A stretch of DNA of 32,000 nt from Nitrosospira multiformis ATCC 25196 (GCF_000196355.1 NC_007614.1:780001-812000), one strand, 5' to 3'; positions 12,801 through 21,291 are shown, counted from the first letter of the stretch. Notes: generated by a model not told the origin, from the letters alone. Program-made: numbers and translations.

Positions 12801-12974
12801 AACAACTTCCGCGCTCGCCCCGGGGTAATCGGCATCGATCTGCACCATGGGCGGCGTGATTTCCGGAAACTGCGCAATTGGGAGGTTTCTCAGCGCAACG
12901 AGTCCCACCACCACAATAATGATGGACAGGACGGATGCGAAAATTGGACGATCGATAAAAAAGCGGGAACTCAT
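9801..12974 (-). CDS. HAE1/AcrB-type RND multidrug efflux transporter (pump 2)
   Basis: 1057 aa; RPIFASVLSIIIV, GIVVDDAIVVVENVER (TM4 Asp pair), LIGLSAKNAILIVEFA (TM10 Lys), GTGVFGGM. Confidence 0.95.
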   Translation of the reverse strand: MSSRFFIDRPIFASVLSIIIVVVGLVALRNLPIAQFPEITPPMVQIDADYPGASAEVVAESVARPIEVQLPGIDNLLYYESTSSNDGHMTMKLTFEIGTDVDIAQVQTQNRQRLAEPQLPDEVVRQGITVKKTSPDLLAVIALSSSDPRHDTIYLSNYALLRVLDNVKRLPGVGDAIIFGSQNYSMRLILDPVRMAQLDLTPTDIAAVVREQNRDFPAGRIGREPSPKGTELTIPVITQGRMSEVKEFEDMIVRAYPDGSMVRLRDVARVELGAQSYDLEGRWNGKPNTFLLTFLAPGANALDTVHRVRQEMDKLARSFPAGVSYDIPYDTTIFIEVSIKEVLKTLVEATLLVILVVFVFLQSWRATIIPAVAVPISLIGTLAGMAALGFSINTLTLFGMVLAIGIVVDDAIVVVENVERHMREGLPPREAARVAMDEVAGPVIAIVLVLGAVFVPVAFLGGITGELYKQFAITIALSVAISGFVALTLSPALCALILKPGHGEPAKYWKLFNRSFDWMQTRYTNGVGMVLKRSMIALCIFAVMIFVLLGLFRTIPGSFLPEEDQGYFITVVQLPDGASKERTIDVLSKVEQYFLSIPAVHSTDALAGQNFVFGTRGANQATMFVPLQSWDTRKSAGEHVTGLIASAFQEFAKIPEALILAFNAPSIRGLGSTGGFSLQVQDPSGGDFKEFAEITQKFVAKAVEHPAIAAASTNFRVSAPRLYARVDRERAKALGVPISEVFDSMQAYFGNLYINDFVKYGRIYRVQTEAQPQYRSRPEDIEKIYVRARNDKGHVMIPLNSVITTEFTSGPDPVTHFNGFNSALVLGGAASGYSSGQALDALEQIADEILAPKGYTIDWSGISFQERQAGGKSVLVFAFALLMVFLVLAALYESWSVPLAVILAIPFGILGALLAIWVRELTNDIYFQIGLVTLIGLSAKNAILIVEFANQRYANGEPLLDAAMEAARLRFRPIIMTSMAFILGVFPLVIASGAGAASRNSIGTGVFGGMLAATFLAIFFVPLFFVVIRKMTHRRGQPEVRASHAAPDNSPSTVEDE

Positions 12975-14206
12975 GCCGATTTCCCGCCCGCTTCACTCTG
13001 GGGCTCGCCGGGGCCCGTTGGATGCTCCTCCTTGTACGGAATGGCCTTCACCGGGCTTCCAGGCTGAATCCTGTGTAATCCTTCCACGACTACTTGCTCT
13101 CCGGGGCGAAGACCGTTTTCGATCAACCAGTCTTTGCCATGCCAGGAACTGGCCGTGACGGGTCTGGACTGCGCCTTGCTCTCGGCATCGACGACATAGA
13201 CGAAGGAGCCCTGGGGGCCCAGTTGCACAGCCCGTTGCGGAATCAGGATGGCATCTGTCCGGATATAACCCTTGACGCGGACATGAACGAATTGCCCCGG
13301 ATAAAAATAGGATTGTCCGGGAGAAAAGCTTCCTTCCGGATTCGGAAACGTGAATCTTCCCTCCAGCGTACCGGTTTCCGGCCGTATGGATACGTCGGAG
13401 AAATCGAGCACGCCTTCCTGCGGATACACGCTCCCATCGGAAAAAGTGATCACTCCCCGCAACTGGAAGATATCCGGCCTTTGCACTTTCTTTTCCGCCA
13501 GTTCACGCCGCCTTCTGAGAAGATAGCTTTCGGGAACATTGACATTGACGTACATGGGATCGAGTTGGTCGATGGTGGTCAACAGAGTTGTCTGGGCGGA
13601 TACCAGGCGCCCCTCATAGAAATGGCTGCGTCCTATCCGCCCGTTGACCGGGGCCGTGATGATCGTATTATCCAGATCGAATTTCGCCCTGATCAAGTCG
13701 CTTTGCGCCGCCTCCAGTCCTGCTTTGGCGGCAAGCGTTTCGGCGATTGCGTCATCGACACTCTTGCGGCTGACAGCCTGTTCCTCTAGCAGAGGTTTTA
13801 CGCGCGCTTCTTCCTGCTCTGCCTGAACGAGGCGGGCCTGGGCCTGCGCGACTCTCGCCTTTCCGCTGAAATAGGCCGCCTCGAAGGGCACCGGGTCGAT
13901 CAGGTAAAGCTTGTTGCCCTTCTTGACGTTCGTTCCCTCGGTAAAAAAAACTTTCTTGATTATTCCCGTTACCTGCGGGCGAATCTCGACGGGACGAAAA
14001 GCCTGTGTTTGCCCGATAAACTCAGGCTCGTCGGGAACAGTCTGCGTGGTGACGGTAATCACTTCCACTTCGGGGACAGTCTGGGCTGGAGCAGGGGGTG
14101 CTTTTTTGCAGCCGGAAAAAGAAATCAGGATGAGGGCTGTGCCTAGAGCGATGACAGCGGCGGCAGATGAACGGCTGAAAGGGTGCCACGGATGGGACAG
14201 ATTCAT
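12971..14206 (-). CDS. RND efflux periplasmic adaptor (membrane fusion protein), lipoprotein
   Basis: Lipobox-like LILISFSGC; VEIRPQVTGIIKKVFFTEGTNVKKGNKLYLIDP; 4-bp overlap with the downstream RND gene. Confidence 0.93.
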   Translation of the reverse strand: MNLSHPWHPFSRSSAAAVIALGTALILISFSGCKKAPPAPAQTVPEVEVITVTTQTVPDEPEFIGQTQAFRPVEIRPQVTGIIKKVFFTEGTNVKKGNKLYLIDPVPFEAAYFSGKARVAQAQARLVQAEQEEARVKPLLEEQAVSRKSVDDAIAETLAAKAGLEAAQSDLIRAKFDLDNTIITAPVNGRIGRSHFYEGRLVSAQTTLLTTIDQLDPMYVNVNVPESYLLRRRRELAEKKVQRPDIFQLRGVITFSDGSVYPQEGVLDFSDVSIRPETGTLEGRFTFPNPEGSFSPGQSYFYPGQFVHVRVKGYIRTDAILIPQRAVQLGPQGSFVYVVDAESKAQSRPVTASSWHGKDWLIENGLRPGEQVVVEGLHRIQPGSPVKAIPYKEEHPTGPGEPQSEAGGKSA

Positions 14207-14330
14207 GTACGTCTCCTGCGGGCTGCCCTGAAAACCCAGGGGTAGCGGTCCGCTGGTTAAGTGAGGGTGATGACAAGCAGTATTTTTATGATAGATCAGT
14301 TTTCAGATCTGCCGGACTGATCCTATGTCG

Positions 14331-15755
14331 TCAGACGGGCGTCCATCCCCCCCCGAGCGCTTTGTATAGTTGGACCACGGATATCAGATGGAGGCGGTGC
14401 GTTGCCGCAAGCGCGAACTCTGCATCGAACAGATTCCGTTTGGCCAGTAGCACATCCACGTAACTGGTAATACCCCCTTTGTAGCGCAGATCAGCGATAT
14501 GCAGAGCCGAGCGCAGTGCATCCACCTGCTGTTCCTGCGCCTTGCGCTGTTCGTTGGCGGTGCTTACCGCCACCAGGGCATCCTCGACTTCCCTGAATGC
14601 GAGCAGGATGGTTTGTTCGTACTGGGCAAGCATTTGCCTGGCTTGTGCTTCCGCGGCACGTTGTTCCATTCCCAAAGCCTGCGCGTTGATCAATGGAACA
14701 GCCAGACCCAGTCCGCCTACCCCGAACTCGCTCCCGGAAAGGAGGAGATTGGACAGCGCCGGACTTGCCACGCCCAGGAAACCGGTGATATTGAGCTTGG
14801 GAAATCGCGCCGCCTGGGCAGCCCCAATCCGGGCGGTTGCTGCTGCAAGGGTTTGTTCCGCCTGCAGGATATCGGGGCGTCGCTGCAACAGTTCGGAAGG
14901 AAGTCCGGCTGGCACCTCTGGTATCAGCAACTGCTCCGTGAGAGAGCGTCCCCGTTCTATCGAAACCGGATTTCTTCCCAGCAATACACTCAGTTCGTTT
15001 TCCTTCTGGGCAGTCAGCCGTTGCAGTTCTGCCACCCGGGTGGCCGCATTGGCACGCTCAGCTTCGAACTGGTCTAGATCCAGCCTGGAGATGACCCCTC
15101 CCCGCAGTTGGGCTCGCGCAAGCGCCACCGACTCCTCCCATGAATGCAGGGCATTGCGTGCAATACCCATTTGCATATCGAATTGCAGGAGATCGAAATA
15201 CGCCTGTGCTACCGAACTTACCAGGGTCAGGACCACAGCGCGCCGGTTTTCTTCCCGGGCCATCAAGTCAGCCAGGGCGGCTTCGTTCGAACGGCGAATG
15301 CGGCCCCAGATATCGATTTCCCAATTCAGGGTCGCTTGTCCGAAATAGCTGTAAGGTGTGGGAAATCCAGGGAACTTGAATCCTCCAAGGGTTCCGAAAG
15401 CAGGCGCATTGGCATTTGTGTCCATTTTGGGAAGGAAATCCATGCGTGCAGTAGCAAGGCGTGCCTCCAGCTCTTCAACGCTTGCTACCGCCTGCTTGAG
15501 ATCCTTGTTCTGGGCCAATGCGAGACGGATGAGCTGTTGCAGTTGATTATCATGCAGCAATTCCCACCAGGACAGGTTCGCAATGGATTGCCCCTCCGTT
15601 TGCGCCAGGCGAAACCTTTCGGATGTTTCGACATGAGGGCGGATATAGTCCGGCCCCATTGCGCAGGATGCAAGGAGCAGAGTGGAGAGCAACAACCCCA
15701 TTCCGCTCCGCAGGCGCTCTCTCATGTCACGACGGCTTGTCACGATGTTTCTCAT
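14331..15755 (-). CDS. RND efflux outer membrane lipoprotein, NodT/OprM family
   Basis: Lipobox LLLASCAMGPDYIRP; WWELLHDNQLQQLI; LNWEIDIWGRIRRS; RRPDILQAEQTLAAATARIGAAQAARFPKLNITG. Confidence 0.95.
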   Translation of the reverse strand: MRNIVTSRRDMRERLRSGMGLLLSTLLLASCAMGPDYIRPHVETSERFRLAQTEGQSIANLSWWELLHDNQLQQLIRLALAQNKDLKQAVASVEELEARLATARMDFLPKMDTNANAPAFGTLGGFKFPGFPTPYSYFGQATLNWEIDIWGRIRRSNEAALADLMAREENRRAVVLTLVSSVAQAYFDLLQFDMQMGIARNALHSWEESVALARAQLRGGVISRLDLDQFEAERANAATRVAELQRLTAQKENELSVLLGRNPVSIERGRSLTEQLLIPEVPAGLPSELLQRRPDILQAEQTLAAATARIGAAQAARFPKLNITGFLGVASPALSNLLLSGSEFGVGGLGLAVPLINAQALGMEQRAAEAQARQMLAQYEQTILLAFREVEDALVAVSTANEQRKAQEQQVDALRSALHIADLRYKGGITSYVDVLLAKRNLFDAEFALAATHRLHLISVVQLYKALGGGWTPV

Positions 15756-18700
15756 GATGTTTCCTGCGACAGGTTTTCGACTGGCTTACCTTTATTCTTG
15801 CGTGAAAGCCAGGTAAAAAACAAGGGAATAAATATTGTGGCAACAAAAGTGGCAAGCAGCATTCCCCCAAACACGCCGGTTCCCATGGAGCGACGCGCGG
15901 CAGCGCCAGCTCCCGTTGCGATCAATAGGGGCACGATACCCAGCACAAAAGCCATGGATGTCATGACGATGGGTCGGAAACGCAAACGCGCCGCCTCGAT
16001 CGCTGCCTCTGCCACAGGCAGACCTTCAGCCATTTTCTGCGTAGCAAACTCGACGATCAGAATGGCATTTTTTGCAGCCAGGCCGATGAGCGTGATCAGG
16101 CCGATCTGAAAATAGATATCGTTGGGCATGCCGCGGGCCAAAACGGCAAGCAGGGCACCGGCAAGAGCAAAAGGCACCGCCATGATAACGGCGAGCGGCA
16201 GGGCCCAGGTCTCGAACTGGGCAGCAAGAATGAGAAATACCATTATGATTGCGAAGCTGAAGGCAAAAATTGCGGCTGAACCAGTCCGCTTTTCCTGATA
16301 AGCCTGTCCTGTCCACGCAATCTGGTAGCCATCGGGCAAATTTTTTGCCGCAATCTCCTCTACCAGCCGGATAGCATCGCCTGAACTCACGCCAGGCGCA
16401 CCGCTTCCCAGAATCTTTGCAGCAAGGAGGCCGTTATAGCGCTCGAGCTGCTCCGCGCCCACAATGGTGCTGAGTTTGCTGAGGGCGGACATGGGCACCA
16501 TCGCGCCGGATTGGGAGCGTACGTACACTCTGCCGAGATCCTCGGGATGCATCCGGTATTGCGGTTCCGCCTGCATTTGCACCCGGTAAGTACGACCGGA
16601 GTAATTGAAATCGTTGATATACAGCGAACCCATCGTACTTTGCAGCGTGGCGTAAATGTCGGCGATTCGCACTTGCTGAGAAATCGCTTTTTCCTCATCC
16701 ACTTCAACGAAGAATTGCGGCACGGTGGGACGGAAAAAAGTATTGATGCCGGCTAGCCGCGGTTCCTGGTTCAGTGCAGCGATAAGGTTGTTCACCACTA
16801 TGGATAATTGAACCGGATTAGCGCCTGCGCGGCTTTGCACATAGACTTCGAAGCCGCCTGCGGTTCCCAGCCCGCGGATGGCGGGCGGGTTGAAGGAGAT
16901 TGCGATTCCATCCGGTTGTTGCATTCCGATACCCATCAGCTTCTGGATGATATCCTCCGCTGTTGCCTTCCGCTCCGACCAGTCCTTGAATGCGACGAAC
17001 ATGGTAGCAGAACTGGTTTTATTTCCGCCACCGATCAGATCGAAGCCGTTTACAACGAATTGATGGGCCACGGCGGGATCATCCGCGATGCCCGCCCGCA
17101 CCGATTCCGCGGTTTTTGTCGTTCTGGCCAGTGTGGCGCCATCCGGCAGGATGGTGGCCGTGACGACATAGCCCTGATCTTCTGGCGGCACGAAACTCTC
17201 AGGTACTGTTTTGAACAGATAGGCCGACAAGGCAATGATGCTTAGGAATACGAAGGCACCGATAACCTTATGCCGGAGCGTGATATTGACCATGCGGATA
17301 TAAAAATTCGTCACCCGCTGAAAACCGCTGTTGAACGCAAGAAAGAACCGGGATTCACCGTGGGTATGCTTGAGCAGAATAGCGCACAAGGCAGGGGTCA
17401 AGGTCAGTGCCACCAGACCGGAAATGGTTACCGCTACGGCGACGGTGACCGCGAACTGGCGATACAGTTCGCCTGCGATTCCCCCCATGAATGCAACCGG
17501 CACAAATACGGCGCACAGTACCAGGACAATTGCCACCACCGCACTTGCCACCTGCTCCATGGAACGGATGGCAGCTTTCAGCGGTGACAGTTTCTCTTCG
17601 TCCATCAACCGCTCGATATTTTCCAGTACGACAATTGCATCATCCACTACAATGCCGATGGAAAGCACCATGGCGAAAAGCGTAAGCGTGTTAATGGAGA
17701 AGCCGAATGCCCACAATCCGGCGAAAGTGCCCACGAGGGAAATGGGCACGGCAATAATGGGAATCAGCGTGGCGCGCCAGCTTTGCAGGAAAAGATAAAC
17801 AACCAGCAGAACGAGCACCATCGCTTCGCCAAGCGTCTTGAGCACCTCCCACATCGAAGCTTTGACGAACAGACTGGTATCGTACGGCACCACGTAGTCC
17901 ATTCCCTGCGGAAAGTGTTTCTTCAGCTCTTCCATTTTAGCGACCAGCGCGTTTTTCGTGTCGAGCGCATTCGCACCGGGTTGCAGGAAGACGGGAATGC
18001 CGGCGCCGGGCTGACCATTCAAGGCCGTACGAACATCGTAGCTTTGCGCCCCCAGTTCTATCCGGGCGACATCCTTGAGGTAGAGGACTCCGCGCGGACC
18101 ATCCGCCCGCAAAATGATGTCGCCGAACTGTTCAGGTGTTACCAGCCGACCTCTTGCATTTACGGTATAAATCAGTTGCTGATCAGGCGGAGCCGGTTCC
18201 TGACCGATCTTGCCGGCAGCATATTGCGCGTTCTGCGCCTGGATAGCTGCAGTGATGTCCGTAGTGGCCACGCCCAGTTGGGCCATGCGATCGGGATGCA
18301 GCCAGATGCGCATGGAATAATCCTGGCCGCCAAAGACAGTGGCATCACCGACTCCATCCGTACGTCTCAGCTCATCCATTATGTTGAGCGTGGCATAATT
18401 GCTGAGATAGAGCGGGTCATATTTGCCTTTCTCGGTCGAGATCAGCATGAAAACTATCAGGATGTCGTTGGAGCGCTTCTCAATTTTCAGGCCGGTGCGG
18501 CGCACTTCATCCGGCAGTCGCGGTAGTGCGACGTTTACGCGGTTACTGATATTGAAAGTCGCCTGGTCAACGTCCGTGCCGACCTCAAACGTTGCAGTAA
18601 TGGTCAGCGTTCCGCTGGAGTCGGCGCTCGAGCTGAAATACAAAAGGTCCTGGACACCGCTCAATTGCTCTTCGATGGGCGCGGCCACTGTTTTGGTCAA

Positions 18701-18868
18701 GGTTTCAGCGCTGGCGCCGGGATAGGTTGCGGTTATCAGTACCGTAGGCGGCGCGATCTCCGGATATTGCGCAATGGGAAGCTGCAATGCGGCGGCGAGT
18801 CCGGCAAGGACGATGATAATGGAGATAACCGACGCAAATATCGGTCGCAGAATAAAAAATCTGGTCAT
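15752..18868 (-). CDS. HAE1/AcrB-type RND multidrug efflux transporter (pump 1)
   Basis: 1038 aa; MTRFFILRPIFASVISIIIV, GIVVDDAIVVLENIERL, LIGLAAKNAILIVEFA; 4-bp overlap with the OMF gene. Confidence 0.95.
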   Translation of the reverse strand: MTRFFILRPIFASVISIIIVLAGLAAALQLPIAQYPEIAPPTVLITATYPGASAETLTKTVAAPIEEQLSGVQDLLYFSSSADSSGTLTITATFEVGTDVDQATFNISNRVNVALPRLPDEVRRTGLKIEKRSNDILIVFMLISTEKGKYDPLYLSNYATLNIMDELRRTDGVGDATVFGGQDYSMRIWLHPDRMAQLGVATTDITAAIQAQNAQYAAGKIGQEPAPPDQQLIYTVNARGRLVTPEQFGDIILRADGPRGVLYLKDVARIELGAQSYDVRTALNGQPGAGIPVFLQPGANALDTKNALVAKMEELKKHFPQGMDYVVPYDTSLFVKASMWEVLKTLGEAMVLVLLVVYLFLQSWRATLIPIIAVPISLVGTFAGLWAFGFSINTLTLFAMVLSIGIVVDDAIVVLENIERLMDEEKLSPLKAAIRSMEQVASAVVAIVLVLCAVFVPVAFMGGIAGELYRQFAVTVAVAVTISGLVALTLTPALCAILLKHTHGESRFFLAFNSGFQRVTNFYIRMVNITLRHKVIGAFVFLSIIALSAYLFKTVPESFVPPEDQGYVVTATILPDGATLARTTKTAESVRAGIADDPAVAHQFVVNGFDLIGGGNKTSSATMFVAFKDWSERKATAEDIIQKLMGIGMQQPDGIAISFNPPAIRGLGTAGGFEVYVQSRAGANPVQLSIVVNNLIAALNQEPRLAGINTFFRPTVPQFFVEVDEEKAISQQVRIADIYATLQSTMGSLYINDFNYSGRTYRVQMQAEPQYRMHPEDLGRVYVRSQSGAMVPMSALSKLSTIVGAEQLERYNGLLAAKILGSGAPGVSSGDAIRLVEEIAAKNLPDGYQIAWTGQAYQEKRTGSAAIFAFSFAIIMVFLILAAQFETWALPLAVIMAVPFALAGALLAVLARGMPNDIYFQIGLITLIGLAAKNAILIVEFATQKMAEGLPVAEAAIEAARLRFRPIVMTSMAFVLGIVPLLIATGAGAAARRSMGTGVFGGMLLATFVATIFIPLFFTWLSRKNKGKPVENLSQETS

Positions 18869-18902
18869 GATTTATCCGGCGGTTGTCCGCCCGGTTTTTT
18901 GC

Positions 18903-20096
18903 TCAAGCGGCTTTGCCGGAGCCGGAATCAGGCTGGGCAGGAGGTGTTCCCGGCGTTTCTCCGGGCGCGTGAGGGGTAACGGGCGCCCCGGGGCGAAGCT
19001 TGATGATATTATCGACAATGACTTTATCCCCGGCTTTGAGTCCGTCAAGAATTACCCAGTCCGTACCCATCCACTTCCCGGTAACCACTGCCTGCGGAGT
19101 CGCTTCGTTTTTCTCATTGATCACATACACTGACTGACCGCGGTCAGAGGTTTGTATTGCATTCTGAGGGACGAGAAATACCCCGTCACGCTGGCCAACG
19201 ACCACTTTCGCTCTGACAAACTGACCCGGCAGCAATCGCTGTTCCGCATTTTCGAACGTGGCGCGCAGTTGCTGCGTGCCCAGCAGCGGGTCGATCTGGC
19301 TGGCGGCGAAATTCAACTCCCCTTTCTTTTCGTATTCTGAGCCGTCCGGCAATATCAGGGTCACTTGTTTTACTTTTTTCTCGTTCAGGGGGCCGCCGAG
19401 CTGCATCAGTTCGTTATTCGACAGGCTGAAACGCACCCAGATCGGCGACAATTGCACCAGCGTGGTCAAAAGGCTGCTGTTCGCTTCCACCAGGGCGCCT
19501 TCCGAAAACTGGAAGCGGCCCGAAATACCGTTGACAGGCGCGGTTACAGAGGTATAGGAGAGGCTGAGTTCGGCGTCGCGCACGCGCACTTCGGCCTGCT
19601 GCAAGGCGGCGTGCGCAATCGCGTTATCGGAGACCGCGTTATCATACTCGCGCTGACTGATTGCCTGCGTCTCCAGCAGGTCTTTCAGGCGTTTTTCTTC
19701 GCGTCCGGTCTGAATGATACGGGCTTTCTGTTCTGCCAGTTGGGCCTTCGCCTGCGCAAGCGCATATCGGTAAGGTACGGGATCAATCAGAAACAGAGGT
19801 TGACCTGCTTTTACCTCTGCACCTTCCTCATACAGGCGTTTGAGCAGAATGCCCCCCACCCGGGGACGTATTTCGACCTCCTTGGCGCCTTCGGTCTGGG
19901 CCACGGCTTCGGCACTGATCGGTACGCTGGTAGGGTGAACCTCGATTACACTTACGGGAAGGGCGGGGGGAGGAGGTGTTTCTGGCTTCTTGCCACAGCT
20001 CGACACCATAACGCCCAAGGCGACGCTTGCAGCAACGCTTAGGGCGAGCCGCGCGGTAGCATACAGTAAGTCAGGCATTTTTATTTGGCTGCACAT
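18903..20096 (-). CDS. RND efflux periplasmic adaptor (membrane fusion protein), lipoprotein
   Basis: GVMVSSCGKKPE lipobox; VEIRPRVGGILLKRLYEEGAEVKAGQPLFLIDPVPYRYALAQAKAQLAEQKA. ORF opens at 20141; start taken at MCSQIK (20096), with MPDLL (20078) an alternative. Confidence 0.92.
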   Translation of the reverse strand: MCSQIKMPDLLYATARLALSVAASVALGVMVSSCGKKPETPPPPALPVSVIEVHPTSVPISAEAVAQTEGAKEVEIRPRVGGILLKRLYEEGAEVKAGQPLFLIDPVPYRYALAQAKAQLAEQKARIIQTGREEKRLKDLLETQAISQREYDNAVSDNAIAHAALQQAEVRVRDAELSLSYTSVTAPVNGISGRFQFSEGALVEANSSLLTTLVQLSPIWVRFSLSNNELMQLGGPLNEKKVKQVTLILPDGSEYEKKGELNFAASQIDPLLGTQQLRATFENAEQRLLPGQFVRAKVVVGQRDGVFLVPQNAIQTSDRGQSVYVINEKNEATPQAVVTGKWMGTDWVILDGLKAGDKVIVDNIIKLRPGAPVTPHAPGETPGTPPAQPDSGSGKAA

Positions 20097-20172
20097 TAAC
20101 GAGTTGCCGGGTTTGTTTTTATAATCCTGGATGGCTGTCATTCATGCTCCGTGCAGCTAAATTTGGAACTTG

Positions 20173-20192
20173 CATACATACGTGTATGTATG
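20173..20192. promoter_or_regulatory. Probable TetR/AcrR-family operator
   Basis: CATACATAC-GT-GTATGTATG, 9-bp perfect arms, between the divergent TetR gene and the efflux operon. Confidence 0.7.
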
Positions 20193-20236
20193 TAAATTAT
20201 AAACCAACCTTCACAGATGTAAAGAGCGATTCGTAC

Positions 20237-20860
20237 ATGGCCCGAAAAACCAAGGAAAACGCGGAATTGACACGGCAGCGCATTGTAGATGCGGCGCGCC
20301 AGGTTTTTCTGGAGCGAGGCGTGGCCCGCAGCACCATGGAGCATATCGCGCGCGAGGCCGGCGTTACAAGAGGAGCGATTTACTGGCATTTCAACAATAA
20401 AATCGAGTTGATTCAGGCAATGCGGGAGCAGGTATTCCTGCCTCTCATCGATCGCATGGACGATACTTTGCTGGTTGAAGGCGTGGACGATCCTCTCGCC
20501 TGCATCGAAAATTTCCTGTGCGGCACGATCCAGGTTCTGATGGATAGTAAGGAGACCCGCCAGACATACGAAATCATGATGATCAAGTGCGAATACGTGG
20601 ATGAGTTCGCTATGGTCTTGCAGCAGATTTTATTCAATTGTGCCCATATTTCCGAGAAGCTGAAGCTGGTTTACGAACGCGCCAGGATGCAGCAATTACT
20701 GCATTCATCCCATGACCTCGTGCAACTGGCCATTGATACCCATCTGTTCTTTATCGGGTTGCTGCACATGTGGGTGAAGGATACGGAGGGAAATCAGTTC
20801 CGGCACCAGGCAATTGAACTGGTAGAGGCGCATATGAGACTGCGCCGCATTTCCCTCTGA
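20237..20860 (+). CDS. TetR/AcrR-family transcriptional repressor of the efflux operon
   Basis: MARKTKENAELTRQRIVDAARQVFLERGVARSTMEHIAREAGVTRGAIYWHFNNKIELIQAM is a canonical AcrR-like HTH; divergent from the MFP-RND operon. ATG at 20237. Confidence 0.93.
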   Translation: MARKTKENAELTRQRIVDAARQVFLERGVARSTMEHIAREAGVTRGAIYWHFNNKIELIQAMREQVFLPLIDRMDDTLLVEGVDDPLACIENFLCGTIQVLMDSKETRQTYEIMMIKCEYVDEFAMVLQQILFNCAHISEKLKLVYERARMQQLLHSSHDLVQLAIDTHLFFIGLLHMWVKDTEGNQFRHQAIELVEAHMRLRRISL

Positions 20861-21089
20861 GCGACTGTTCGCTATCCCTGAATCGGTTGGACTGAAGTCG
20901 TCTCGGTAGGTCCGATACGATACGAGGAGAACTCATGGCGGAATTCCGCTCCTGCCATTCAAGTTGCTCCTGCTGTTTGTTTCAGCGCGGGCTGCTGTCA
21001 GTTCAACCCTATCCGTGCAAATGATCAAATTCGCACGAGTGGCAGTATCCCTTGCCGATGATTTTCTTTTGATTCCTCCCGCCGTTGAT

Positions 21090-21118
21090 TCCATCGATAC
21101 CGATTCGGTATCGATGGA
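21090..21118. repeat. Perfect 12-bp inverted repeat (hairpin/dyad)
   Basis: TCCATCGATACC-GATTC-GGTATCGATGGA. Confidence 0.8.
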
Positions 21119-21160
21119 GGATTCATTTCCAGATTGTATATCTTCAAAAATGATGCCCAT

Positions 21161-21185
21161 ATAGTTGACTAAATCAATCAGGTAT
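21161..21185 (+). promoter_or_regulatory. IscR type 1 binding site, upstream copy
   Basis: ATAGTTGACTAAATCAATCAGGTAT against consensus ATASYYGACTRWWWYAGTCRRSTAT: one mismatch. Confidence 0.8.
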
Positions 21186-21193
21186 CTTATAGT
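21165..21193 (+). promoter_or_regulatory. Sigma70-like promoter for iscR/suf
   Basis: TTGACT (21165-21170), 17-bp spacer, TATAGT (21188-21193); -35 lies inside IscR site 1 and -10 overlaps the start of IscR site 2. Confidence 0.7.
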
Positions 21194-21213
21194 TGACTAA
21201 ATCAGTCATCTAT
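21189..21213 (+). promoter_or_regulatory. IscR type 1 binding site, downstream copy
   Basis: ATAGTTGACTAAATCAGTCATCTAT, one mismatch to consensus; begins 28 bp after the first copy. Confidence 0.8.
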
Positions 21214-21291
21214 TGAACTTCTGCTGACTGAGATATTTCTGAACCTATCTACTTAATCCGTGAAGCCATCGAGAGCAAAGAGGAGTTCATC

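Noticed and set aside
9843-13158. Several long + strand ORFs opposite the second RND and its adaptor (e.g. 11172-11804, 11889-12635)
   Set aside because: Antisense to high-confidence RND/MFP genes; low-complexity His/Arg/Gly-rich translations with no recognisable domain, typical of GC-rich antisense frames.
14499-18979. Long + strand ORFs opposite OMF and RND1 (e.g. 15144-16109, 17783-18526)
   Set aside because: Shadow ORFs of conserved coding sequence; the sense strand encodes canonical efflux proteins.
20933-21160. Minus-strand 75-aa ORF before iscR
   Set aside because: No domain and no clear Shine-Dalgarno; its coding potential partly reflects the 12-bp inverted repeat it crosses.
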